Position numbers and translations under genes: made by a program
The notes under the pieces: model-generated
Seen by the model: the letters and a program-made list of their open reading frames with translations, nothing else
Database searches by the model: none
What the model was told of the DNA's origin: nothing
From: Spirogloea muscicola
Lineage: Eukaryota
Assembly: GCA_009602725.1 (NCBI GenBank)
Contig: WELB01000013.1
Span: forward strand, 818,561 to 853,160
DNA: 34,600 bases
Direction: 5' to 3'
In this document: piece after piece, positions 1 through 9,329 of the stretch
Layout: every line of letters begins with the position of its first letter
Position numbering within the stretch: position 1 is the stretch's first letter

Positions 1-204
1 TAAACAGCCAAAGATAAAGATATCGACTGCAGCTGGCAGGAGCTGATCGCATCGGGGGTAATTGATGTAGTGCTGCAGCTTTCTATGTTCTGCACTTCCC
101 ACTGAGAGCTGCTACCTGGAGACACGTTTCTCTGACCTGCGGCTGCTCACAAGGCAATGTTGAGCACTCGATGGCTACTTGAGTCGCCGTGTGCATTAGC
201 GATT

Positions 205-870
205 TTCTGGCCCCTTCGAGAGCCACTTTCTTTCCTTTGAACGTTCGTTCATTCTCGTTCTGAGCTGGCCAATCAAGTTCATCGCCCTCTACACTCGCCT
301 TCGCCCCCGCTCTCGCCCTCGCCTCGCCCTTGGGAGAGCCACGTCTTCTACTTGACGATCCTAATGGGCAAGCTTTGAGAAAGCGCTTTTGGCCCGTGCA
401 GACCTTGTTTCGGGCTGGCTATTGACAGCCCTTGCCCAATCGGAAGAGCCACTTTCTTTCGTTCTTTCGATCATGCTTACATTTCTTCAAAGAAGAACCA
501 GTTTTTCAAGGGGTGGAGGGCTGTAAGGAGGGAAAAGCTCTTCCAATGTAGGACAAAGGCTGTGTTTGCTGTAGTATCTAGCATAGCTGTGTGGTTTTAG
601 CACCTTTCACAGCCCTTTACATTTATCTCTCCTTTCAACCTTGTCCTTTCTTTCTGGGCTGGCTTTTCAAAGCCCTCGCCCGAGCTTGCTACTTTGTGAG
701 AGGCAAGCCCTCAGGAATAATGAGGTCTTACAGGGCCAGAAGGCGCAACGACTCGAAACTTTCTCCGTGATATCTAGAAATGTCAAGGGCCACCCCCCCC
801 CACGAAAGGGAATAAAGGAAGAAAGAAGCTCTTTCAAGGGCGACGATGTGACAGGCCAGCCCAAACAGGC
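205..870. repeat. Cluster of degenerate retroelement 3' ends (nest 1)
   Basis: Decayed copies of the 3'-terminal motif: GACCTTGTTTCGGGCTGGCTATTGACAGCCC..GAAGAGCCAC (400-451), ACCTTGTCC..GGGCTGGCTTTTCAAAGCCC (638-675), TTGGGAGAGCCAC (329-342), and minus-strand copies near 530-570 and 820-865. Confidence 0.7.
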
Positions 871-985
871 CGGAGTGTCGACTTACAAGTAGGTCCAGAT
901 GCGAAAGCGGACATGGATATAATCCTGAATGAGCTTCAGAACAGAGTTTGTCAATCGACTTGCATGTCAACAACATGATAGCTGT

Positions 986-3350
986 TCATGTAACTTGACA
1001 AACTGCAGCAGCAGCAGTTGTGCCCACATGAGCAGCTGCAGCAGCCTTTTGCTTGATCGTCTCATAATCTCTAGCCTTCATGGCCCTCTTGTCAAAGATG
1101 GCACTAGAGAGGACGACTGCTAAAGCTCCTGCAGCAATGTAGGGAGCTACCATGTCTGCAGAGAGAAAGCAGAGCGTAAGCTGCCTGCTGCTCTGGCACC
1201 TGAATACTGAAAAGCTGGAGAGCCTTAAGGAATGCTGTAGGCTGGCAGGCACAAATAATCAATACGCATACGCATGCAGATGCACAATCAAAGAAGCTGA
1301 ATCAGAGCACCTAAACACCTACAGTGAGTTCAGAATTTAGACCCAAAACCCTCAATAGCGGACCTCACCAAGTTGTATTCCATGGGCAGGGACAAAAGAT
1401 GCATCCTTCACGATGCGTGCCATTGCTTGGAGAAGGTCTGTGCCCCCAGCTGCCTCTATTGGAAATATCTGCACAGACACAATAGCATTTCTTTTGAATG
1501 ACTCGATGCCAAGTCAACAAGCTGGGACACATACAGGCCCCTAGGCCCCTTACCCTAAGATCATAGCAAGACAGACCATTCACTTCACCTTTATTAGGTT
1601 GGCACCTCCAAAGTGTGCCTGCACAATCTGTCAGTCAACCAGATAGAGCTTAGAAGAAATTCAACAACATGCCTAGACTCATAGTCATTGCTGTACGTCA
1701 ACACATCAGATTGCCACACAGCGCCACATCACATGAGCGTACCTCAGTTGGTGTCATGGCGCCAGGTATGAAGAGCACGGGGCGAGGCAGCCTACTACAG
1801 TGCTTAAATAATGCCTGCAGATGTAAGATGAGATGAGCCTGAAATGAGAACATTCTGTATTGGGTCATTGAGCAGCCAATTAGCACCCTCTTGAGATCAT
1901 TGTCCACTTTCGAAGCATGAGGCGCTCAAGCGCACACTTTGAGGTCAGCTTGGCCTTCACCTCATTGTAAACGGGGCTTAACAGAAACTCTGCACCAGCT
2001 GCGACTGCCAGGTCTGCTTCATGCCTTGTCAGCACTGTTCCTGCCTGGCCAAGAATGCAAATCAACTGTCATTACTTGCAGGTCCTCACTGACTAAATTT
2101 CCGCTTTGATAGCGACTCTAAAATTGACAAAGGTGGTCAGGTTGAATGGTAAAAGTATTTTAGAGTGGTCTGAGTGGTCTAGAGTGAGTGGTCTGTCTAG
2201 GCCGGCAAGACCAATCAATTATCAAGTTCACACTCTCACATGTTGCAGCATCTGGATTCCTTACAAAGGTGCTGCATAGCCAGTGGTACTCCACGCAACA
2301 TACAGGAAGTAAGTCTGAAAGGCAAGCTTTCATACACCAATGCAAGCTTGTGGATGACCGTCCTTCAAAGTACGAATAAGCTGTAAAAGGTCAGGTGAAT
2401 GCGTAAGCTTGGAGCTTGAGCTGAGCTCAGAACTATTCAATGACACAAACACAGAAAACCTATAATAGTCTGTGAGGCAAGTAGCAGGTTGTTGTAGTTG
2501 CATATACCACAGGAACAGTGGCATGTATTGGCTTGCACCAGACCTTCCAAGCCTTTGAAAGATTTTCGGTACAGGGGCTTACTGCAGGAGCTTTCGGAGT
2601 GGTCATGGTCACCTCCAACTGAGACACAGCATCAAAGAGAAACTTGTCACCATCTTGCATCAAGCAATTGGCAGTCCATATTCCTGCCAGTAAAACCGCA
2701 CTTGATGCTATCAGCATGAAGGTGAAGGCCTAGGACTTTCTTGCATACCATCTCAATGCCACCCTGTAGAGCAGCCTCTGCAGCCCTGCGAGCAACCTCC
2801 AAGCTGCAGCAAGAGGAAGTGTTGGCATATTACTGTCCGGGGCGGCCAGGCTGCCAATAAAATTCGGAATGAAGTCGTAATGACTTCTTTCTCTTAAAAA
2901 ACAGCTATCTTGCGAGTACGAAGTGTGTCACACTGCAAAAGCTGGCTTGCATCACCTCCTGGCGCCTCACCCTGGACTGCGGACTTTTCTAGCTTGACTG
3001 ATATCTCAGAGTTGTATTCGACTGGAGCAAGGCAGCATTGAGCTGTTCGATCATGAGTCACACCTGTCAGCCCTTAAGCAGGCAATAATACCCGACCTCC
3101 TCATGACAAGGATCATGCCAAGTGTGTGAGCTTCTCTCCTGCTGTCCAGACTTGATAGACGATTTTGCTCCACTCGTTGGTCAATCTGGTATGAGCAGAT
3201 GACTTGTGCTGAAATTGCAGGGTCGTTAGGTCCCTCTGCTCTGTGAACTGGACTGAGCCTGAAGAGTCGCCCTCTTTGTTTGCTCAGGCTGAAAGACGAG
3301 CTGATGCAGTCTGCGAACGCAGGACCCCTCGCTGGGGCCAGTCTGCTCAT
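986..3350 (-). CDS. eda: KDPG/KHG aldolase (Entner-Doudoroff aldolase), 9 exons, probable N-terminal transit peptide
   Basis: GT-AG exons 3350-3064, 2803-2749, 2618-2583, 2380-2336, 2044-1961, 1814-1743, 1627-1589, 1468-1369 and 1155-986 splice in phase. They give GIIACLRA..ALQGGIEMLEVTMTTP..IGAGTVLT..AVAAGAEFLLSP..FIPGAMTPTE..GANLIKIFP..YIAAGALAV. The start codon is the least certain part. Confidence 0.9.
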
Positions 3351-3723
3351 CTTCTCGACCGTCACACAGGCCCTCTGAAGCCACTAGGATCTTGCTATAG
3401 GTCTCCTTCGCCCGAATGGAGCTGACGAAGGCACCCTCGAGGCGTGAGCCAACATGCCCCGTCCGTCGGGAACAAGAAGGTGGGCTGATGGCCACCAATG
3501 GAGCTCAAAGCCACAGGGAAAGGAACTGCAGTTGCGTAGCGAAGGCGGCAGTCGTGGCAGCGATGGTATTGGAGGTGGGAGCGGCGGCGGAGGCTCCGCT
3601 GTGAGGAACGACGGCGGCGGGTGGCGGCGGCGGCGGCCGAGGGGGGGGGCCTCGCAGAGCTTGAGACTGGGAGTAATTTGGGTTGTGAACGTTGTACGAC
3701 CAGAGCGTCAGGCACCAGCGTTA

Positions 3724-3774
3724 TCAGATTAACTGGTGGCAGGGAGAGGCCAGCCCAAAAGAATGGACAAGGTC
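3724..3774 (-). mobile_element. Short 3' end of a gamma-type retroelement
   Basis: Minus strand reads GACCTTGTCCATTCTTTTGGGCTGGCCTCTCCCTGCCACCAGTTAATCTG, nearly identical to 4235-4284. Confidence 0.75.
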
Positions 3775-3814
3775 GCGTCCTCTGTGCCTCTTTCCCTGCA
3801 GCGAGCTACTCAGA

Positions 3815-4147
3815 GGAAGAAGTGGCTCTCCCAATGGGGGCAAGGGCTGTGAGAAGCCAGCCCGAAAAGAATTGACAAGGTTCGAAGGGGCCAAACTACG
3901 AGCTAAGCAGCGACTGCGGGGCCTGAAGAGGCTATGGCAGAATGGGGGAGGATGGACCACTTAGTAGTTACGAGTGAGGAGCCTCACATCCGACAGACTA
4001 GCTGCCGGTAAACTATCCCCCTGACGAAAGCCGGAGGCCGCAGCGAGAGCACGGCCAGCACGCAGATGCAAGGCGTGGGCCATGGACCGCTGGAGGGAGA
4101 CGGACAAGCGCATACGATACACCTGAGCCCACGAGCCAGCGGCGTTG
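3815..4147 (-). mobile_element. 5'-truncated alpha-type retroelement (333 bp) with 7-bp TSD
   Basis: Flanked by ACTCAGA at 3808-3814 and 4148-4154. Encodes ..SDVRLLTRNY-stop and matches 15856-16187. Confidence 0.9.
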
Positions 4148-4220
4148 ACTCAGACCTGATGTTGCTCACTCGTGGGTACTGAGCTTCCCTCTGCATCGTT
4201 TCTGTGTTCTGCAGTGTTTT

Positions 4221-4345
4221 CTCGCAAGCGCGGCCAGATTAACTGGTGGCTGGGAGAGACCAGCCCAAAAGAATGGACAAGGTCTGAAGGAGTCGGAGTG
4301 CTAAGGACTGAGACAGCAGTAAGCGAACTCTCAGTAACCTCTCGT
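4221..4345 (-). mobile_element. 5'-truncated gamma-type retroelement (125 bp) with 9-bp TSD
   Basis: Flanked by CAGTGTTTT at 4212-4220 and 4346-4354. Begins ACG AGA GGT TAC TGA (TRGY-stop) and ends in the GGGCTGG hairpin motif. Confidence 0.85.
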
Positions 4346-4385
4346 CAGTGTTTTGTAGTGTAGTCCTTTCTCTGGCTTTTTCCAG

Positions 4386-4591
4386 GGGATAGTTTACCGG
4401 CAGCTAGTCTGTCGGATGTGAGGCTCCTCACTCGTAACTACTAAGTGGTCCATCCTCCCCCGTTCTGCCATAGCCTCTTCAGGCCCCGCAGTCGCTGCTT
4501 AGCTCGTAGTTTGGCCCCTTCGAACCTTGTCAATTCTTTTCGGGCTGGCTTCTCACAGCCCTTGCCCCCATTGGGAGAGCCACTTCTTCCT
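4386..4591 (+). mobile_element. 5'-truncated alpha-type retroelement (about 206 bp) with 10-bp TSD
   Basis: Flanked by CTTTTTCCAG at 4376-4385 and 4592-4601. Near-identical inverted copy of 3815-4020. Confidence 0.88.
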
Positions 4592-4707
4592 CTTTTTCCA
4601 GCCCCTATCCTCAATGGGCGAACCCTTCTCTCTTTCTCCGGCTCCTCTTTCTTTGGACATTGTCTTTGCCAGCCCCTCTTCTCTATGGGCGCGCACTTCT
4701 CTTTAGC

Positions 4708-4741
4708 CCTTGCCCTTGCCCCCATTGGGAGAGCCACTTCT
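4708..4741 (+). mobile_element. Micro-insertion of the alpha 3' tip (about 34 bp) with 8-bp TSD
   Basis: CCTTGCCCCCATTGGGAGAGCCACTTC flanked by TCTTTAGC at 4700-4707 and 4742-4749. Confidence 0.7.
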
Positions 4742-4749
4742 TCTTTAGC

Positions 4750-7700
4750 GCGTCCACCCCTAAGAAGCGAGGGGACCCGCGAGGTGACCACGCTCCTCAT
4801 TCTCAGGGTACCATGCCCCATGTGCCCTGACGTCCCTGAATGTATTCTCCGGCGACACAGGTGCCGCAGCCGCAAACGCCCGCCGCGCCGTCGCCACCAC
4901 TGCCGCCGTCGTCCCCACCGCCCCCATCTCCCCCGACGCGGCCTTCCCAACCATCCCGCCTCTCGAGCCGCCCAGCCCCCCCGCAGCCGGCGCCATTGAC
5001 GCCACCTCCGCCACCGCCGCCTCCACCTTCGCCGAGCGCGCCGGCTCCACCTCCTTCGCCCCCACCTCACTCGCCCGAACCACTGCTGTACCAGCACTGC
5101 CAGAGGACCTTCAACACGCGGGCCGGCCGGACCAACCACGAGCGAGTCTGCACGTGCCGCAACAACTGTGCGGAGCAGGCGCCTAGCGCAGCGGCTGCGG
5201 GCGGCCGTCGGAGCAGACCAGGCAGGCCAGTCCCTCCCGCGCCAACCCCTCCCACGCCTCAACACTGGCAGTGGCTGGCTGGCCTCGACCTGGCTGCCAT
5301 CCACCGCCAGGCGGCCCTTCCGCTCCTCCGCCATGTACCCCGCTGGCTGCGCCGGCACATTCGTCGCGCGCTCCGCCCGGCGATGCAGCGGATTGTCAGT
5401 GACCACCAGGACGAGGCGGCTTGGAAGCAGTTTCTCCTCATCCCCCGCCTGCTGCTCGGGCGCGTCCCCCACGATGGCCGCTGGCGGGGCCAGCAGCCCC
5501 TCCTGGAGCGCGTCCAGTTGTTCGAGAGCGGACATTGGGAGGAGCTTCTTGAGCGCCACAACGAAGCGGTGGCAGCCTTGGCAGCAAACCGAGGTGACGC
5601 GCGGGCAGCGCCAGACAGGGCCGCCAACGTCCGCCGGGCTCTGCGCTTCGGTCACGCGGGCGAGTTGTCCAGGGCGGTCCAGGCCCTGGACGACTCGGTG
5701 CTGGCGCCAACCAACGCAGCCACACGGGCGGCCCTGGAGTCCCTGCACCCTGAGGTCCGCTCCCCCCCTGCCTCCGTGGCTGGCCACCTTGGCACCGCCG
5801 GAGGAGGGGCCCTCGACGCCGACGCTCTTCGGCAGGCTCTGCAGAGCAGCCGTCGCGCAGCCGCAGGAGGTCCTTCACACATGCTCACCGAGCATCTCCG
5901 CGAGCTCTTCCTGGAGGAAGAATCAAATGATTTCCAGGCACTCCACCAGATGTGCCAGCTCCTTGCTCGCGACCAGGTCCCGGCCAGCATTCGCTGCGTC
6001 ATTTGCACCAGCACGCTGCTGGCCCTCAGCAAGGCCAACGGGGGGGTCAGGCCCATTGCCGTTTGCGAAGTGCTCTACCGCCTGGTGGGGCGCACGCTAT
6101 GGCAACAGCACGCAAGGCTGGCCCAGGCACACCTGGCACCTCACCAGTTCGGCGCGGGGCTGCGGAGCGGCGGTGAGGTGGTCGTGCACGGCGTACGGGC
6201 CGCCTTGGACCTGAACCCCGGATGGATGGCGGTAGATGTCCGGAATGCTTTTGACAGCGCAGACCGGGAAGTCATTGCAGAGGAGCTGCGGGCGGCCTTC
6301 CCCAGCCTCCTACCCTTCTTCAGGCTGGGCTACGGTCAGCCAAGCGACTTGCTGTGGCGGACAGGGCGTGGTGGGGTGGAGGTCCTCCAGTCCTCCACAG
6401 GCGCGCCGCAAGGGGATCCGCTGGCGGGGCTCCACTACGCCCTGGCTCACAACTGTGCGCTGCTGGCAACGGTCGCGGCTCACCCTGGCGTCCTCGTCCC
6501 CTCGTACGCGGATGACACCACGCTGGTGGGGCCGCCAGACAACGTCGTGGCAGCCTTTGCCACTCTCGAAGTGCAGTTGGGCGCGATCGGCCTGGGCATC
6601 CGTGCGGCCAAGTGCAGTGCTTGGTCCCCCCGGGGCCTGCCAGCCCACCTGCGCCTACCCTCTGGCTGCCAGATACCAGCCGGGGGCTTCACCCTCCTCG
6701 GCGCCCCCATAGGCTCCCCAGCCTTTGTGATGGAGCAGCTCCAGTTACGACTGCTGGAGCACCTCCGGCCGGCGGACCGTCTCCACACGCTGCAAGACAT
6801 GCAGCTGGCGACCGCTATGCTGACCAGGTGCATTGCCCAGCGTCCGCACTACTTGGCCTGCGTCCTCCCCCCCTCCCCGGCGGTGAAGGCGGTGTACGCG
6901 GCTTTTGACACCGGCATTCTGGCGAGCGCGGCCACTCTCCTCCAACACCCCGGTTTCCTCACCACGCCAGCCGCGCTGCTCCAGGCTAGCCTGCCAGTTT
7001 GCCGCGGCGGCTTGGGCTGCCGCCCAGTCGCCCGCGCCTGCGAGGCTGCCTACCTGGGCAGCTGGGCCCAGGTCGCCGCCCCCATCTGCCAACGGTCTTC
7101 CAAGTTCAACGCAACCGCACCCTGGAGCGGGTGGTAGCTGATGTGGAGAGCGGCCAGTTGCCCTTCCAGGCTGCTCTTTGCGCTGCCCATGACAGGCTAC
7201 TGGCGGCCCACCCGACATGTCGCAGCAGGTCGTTTTGTCGTCCACCTCGCGCACACCCCCGACCTGCGGGCCCAGGCACGCTACACTGCGCTGGCGGACA
7301 AAGCGGCCTATGACCAGGTGGTGGAGCTCCTTCCGCCGCACGACCTTCGAGGGCGCGCCCGGCTGCTCTCAGCCTCCTCCCCCAGGGGGGCGGCGTGGTT
7401 ATCAGCTCTCCCAATCTACGCGTCGCTCACAACACCAGACGAGGTTTTCAGGACGGCGGTCCACTGGCTCCTGGGCCTCCTCCCTTCCTGTCTCGTCGGG
7501 GTCCAACTGTGCGAGTGCGGTGCCCGCCACGATGACCCTGCGACGCTGGCTGCCCACATACTCTGCTGCGCGCATGGGGGCGAGCGGACCGGTTCACACG
7601 ACCTCCTGCAAGACGGCATGCAGGGTGTGTTCATGGAGGCCGGCTACAAGGTCAGTGGAAAATACGACAATTATGCCCATCAAGCGGGGCGCCGCCGGAC

Positions 7701-8308
7701 AGCTCCACACCCGCCGCGCTGACCTAGTCGCCATCCCGCCCGGAGGAGGTCCGCGTATCATCGCAGATGTGGTGACTGCAGATTGCGTCGACTCCGCCAA
7801 CCCCGCCAAGTCAGCGACGCTCGCCGGCCACGCGGTCGCTTTGGCGGCTCGGAGTAAGTAGCGCAAGTACGCTGACCACCCTCCAGGCGATGTCTTCGCG
7901 GCCCTGGCCATTGACGTTCACGGGGCCTTCGGCAGTGGCTAGTTGGATCTCCTCCAGCGGCTTGCCCGGCAGGCCATCGAATGGCGGCCGTGTTTGCCAG
8001 ACTTCATTGCTGTCGGCTCCCTCGCCCAGGTATTTCGTATGAGGCTGGCGGTCTCGTTCCAGCGCTCTTTGGCTCATGCGGTCCACACGCGAGCTGGCCG
8101 CGCTATTGCTGCTGCCTCAGGGTCTTGGCTGATCGCAGCTTTTCCTGCTTCGAGTTATTCTGATTTGTTGTTGCGCACTCGTTGTTACTGAGCATCCCTC
8201 TGCATCATTATTGGTGTGTAATTTTGTCATTTTCTTTGGATTTGGACATTGTCCATTCTTTTTTGGGCTGGCTTTGCTAGCCCCGCTTCTCTCAGGGCGA
8301 GCACTTTC
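4750..8308 (+). mobile_element. Near full-length CRE-clade-like non-LTR retrotransposon (beta family)
   Basis: Single-ORF architecture: Pro-rich N-terminus, zinc finger, RT, CCHC knuckle, PD-(D/E)xK-type endonuclease, then a 3' UTR ending GGGCGAGCACTTTC. No LTRs. The 5' boundary is approximate and no TSD was found. Confidence 0.9.
4840..8191 (+). pseudogene. Disabled RT-RLE polyprotein
   Basis: RT motifs KANGGVRPIAV, QFG, DVRNAFD, GAPQGDPL, YADD, LLGAPIG and LPVCRGGLG; knuckle CECG..AHILCC..RTGSHD; endonuclease RRADLV..IADV..RSK*RKY..LAIDVHG. Frameshifts near 7100, 7230 and 7655. TAG stops at 7859-7861 and 7940-7942, where the sister copy has GAG and TGG. Confidence 0.9.
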
Positions 8309-8361
8309 TTTGGGAGAGCCACCTTCTTTCACAGCCCCCGCCATGTTTGGAAGAGGGGAGG

Positions 8362-9320
8362 GCTCGCCCATAGAAAAAGAGGGGCTAGCAAAGCCAGCCC
8401 AGAAAAGAATGGACATTGTCCGCAGGCCTCAAAAGGCCACAAAACAGTGCCAGGAAAGACAAAACTACACACCGAGACACGAAATGATGCAGATGGATGC
8501 TCAGTAACCACGAGTGAGCAACAGCAAATCAGAATAACTCGAAGCCGGAAAAGCGGCACTCTGCCGAGACCCTGAGGCAGCAGCCATAGTGCGGCCAGCG
8601 CGCGTGTGGACCGCATGAGCCTGAGAGGCTGGAGCGAGACCGCCAGTCTCATTCGAAAGACCTGAGCGAGAGGCCAGCAGCATTGAGCCTGGCGAACCCG
8701 GCCGCCGCTCAATGCCCGCCGGGCAAGCTGCTGGAGGAGATCCAGCCAGCCACTGCCAAGGGCCCCGTGAACGTCAATGGCCAGAGCCGCGAAGGCATCG
8801 CCTGGAGGGTTGTCAGCGTACTTGCGCTCCTTACTCCGAGCCGCCAAAAGCGACCGCGTGCCCAGCGAGCGTCGACGACTTTGCGGGTTTGGCGGAGTCA
8901 ATTCAATCTGCAGTCACCACATCTGCGGTGATATGCGGACCTCCTCCGGGCGGGACGGCAACTAGGTCAGCGCGGCAGGTGTGGAGCTGTCCGTCGGCGC
9001 CCCGCTGGATGGGCATAATTGTCGTATTTTCTAAATGCCACCTGGTAGCTGGCCTCTAGGAACACACCCTGCATGGCGTCTCGCAGAAGGTCGTGTGTAC
9101 CAGTCCGCTCTCCCCCGCGCGCGCAGCGGAGCATGTGGGCAGCTGGCGCGGCAGGGTCATCGTGGCGGGCACCGCACTCGCTCTGTTGGACCCCGACGAG
9201 GCAGGTAGGGAGGAGGCCCACAAGCCGGTGGACCGCCGTCTACCCTCGTCTGGCATTGTGAGCGCCGCGTAGAGTGGGAGCGCTGACAACCACGCCGCCG
9301 CCCCAGGGCGGCCGACCTCA
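8362..9320 (-). mobile_element. 5'-truncated beta-family copy, tail-to-tail with the long element
   Basis: Homologous to about 7376-8302: WLSALP, ECGARHDDPA..AHMLRC..RTGTHD, RSKERKY..LAIDVHG, SYSDLLLLTRGY-stop (8501). Frameshifted. Confidence 0.9.
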
Positions 9321-9329
9321 GGAGCTCAC

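Larger units (their letters stand above)
3780..4700 (+). mobile_element. Beta-type retroelement 3' end acting as host for three nested insertions
   Basis: Removing the inserts reconstitutes SFPAASYSDLMLLTRGY-stop plus 3' UTR, matching the copy at 15280-15474 (minus). Confidence 0.8.

Noticed and set aside
1..105. Possible terminal exon (..WQELIASGVIDVVLQL..stop)
   Set aside because: Too short and no recognisable homology.
4515..4527. tRNA/SINE B-box (TTCGAACC)
   Set aside because: Lacks the GTTC context, an A-box and a cloverleaf; it lies in a 3' UTR downstream of an ORF stop.
4512..4590. HDV-like ribozyme in the 3' motif (GGCCC..GGGCT-GG)
   Set aside because: No convincing P3/L3 or J4/2 catalytic-C segment.
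4750..4840. 5' self-cleaving ribozyme of the long element
   Set aside because: Could not fit an HDV or hammerhead core by eye; a covariance-model search is needed.
4441..6214. Long alternative ORFs (448 aa minus, 348 aa plus)
   Set aside because: Shadow frames of the GC-rich RT ORF; low complexity; the minus one crosses insertion junctions.
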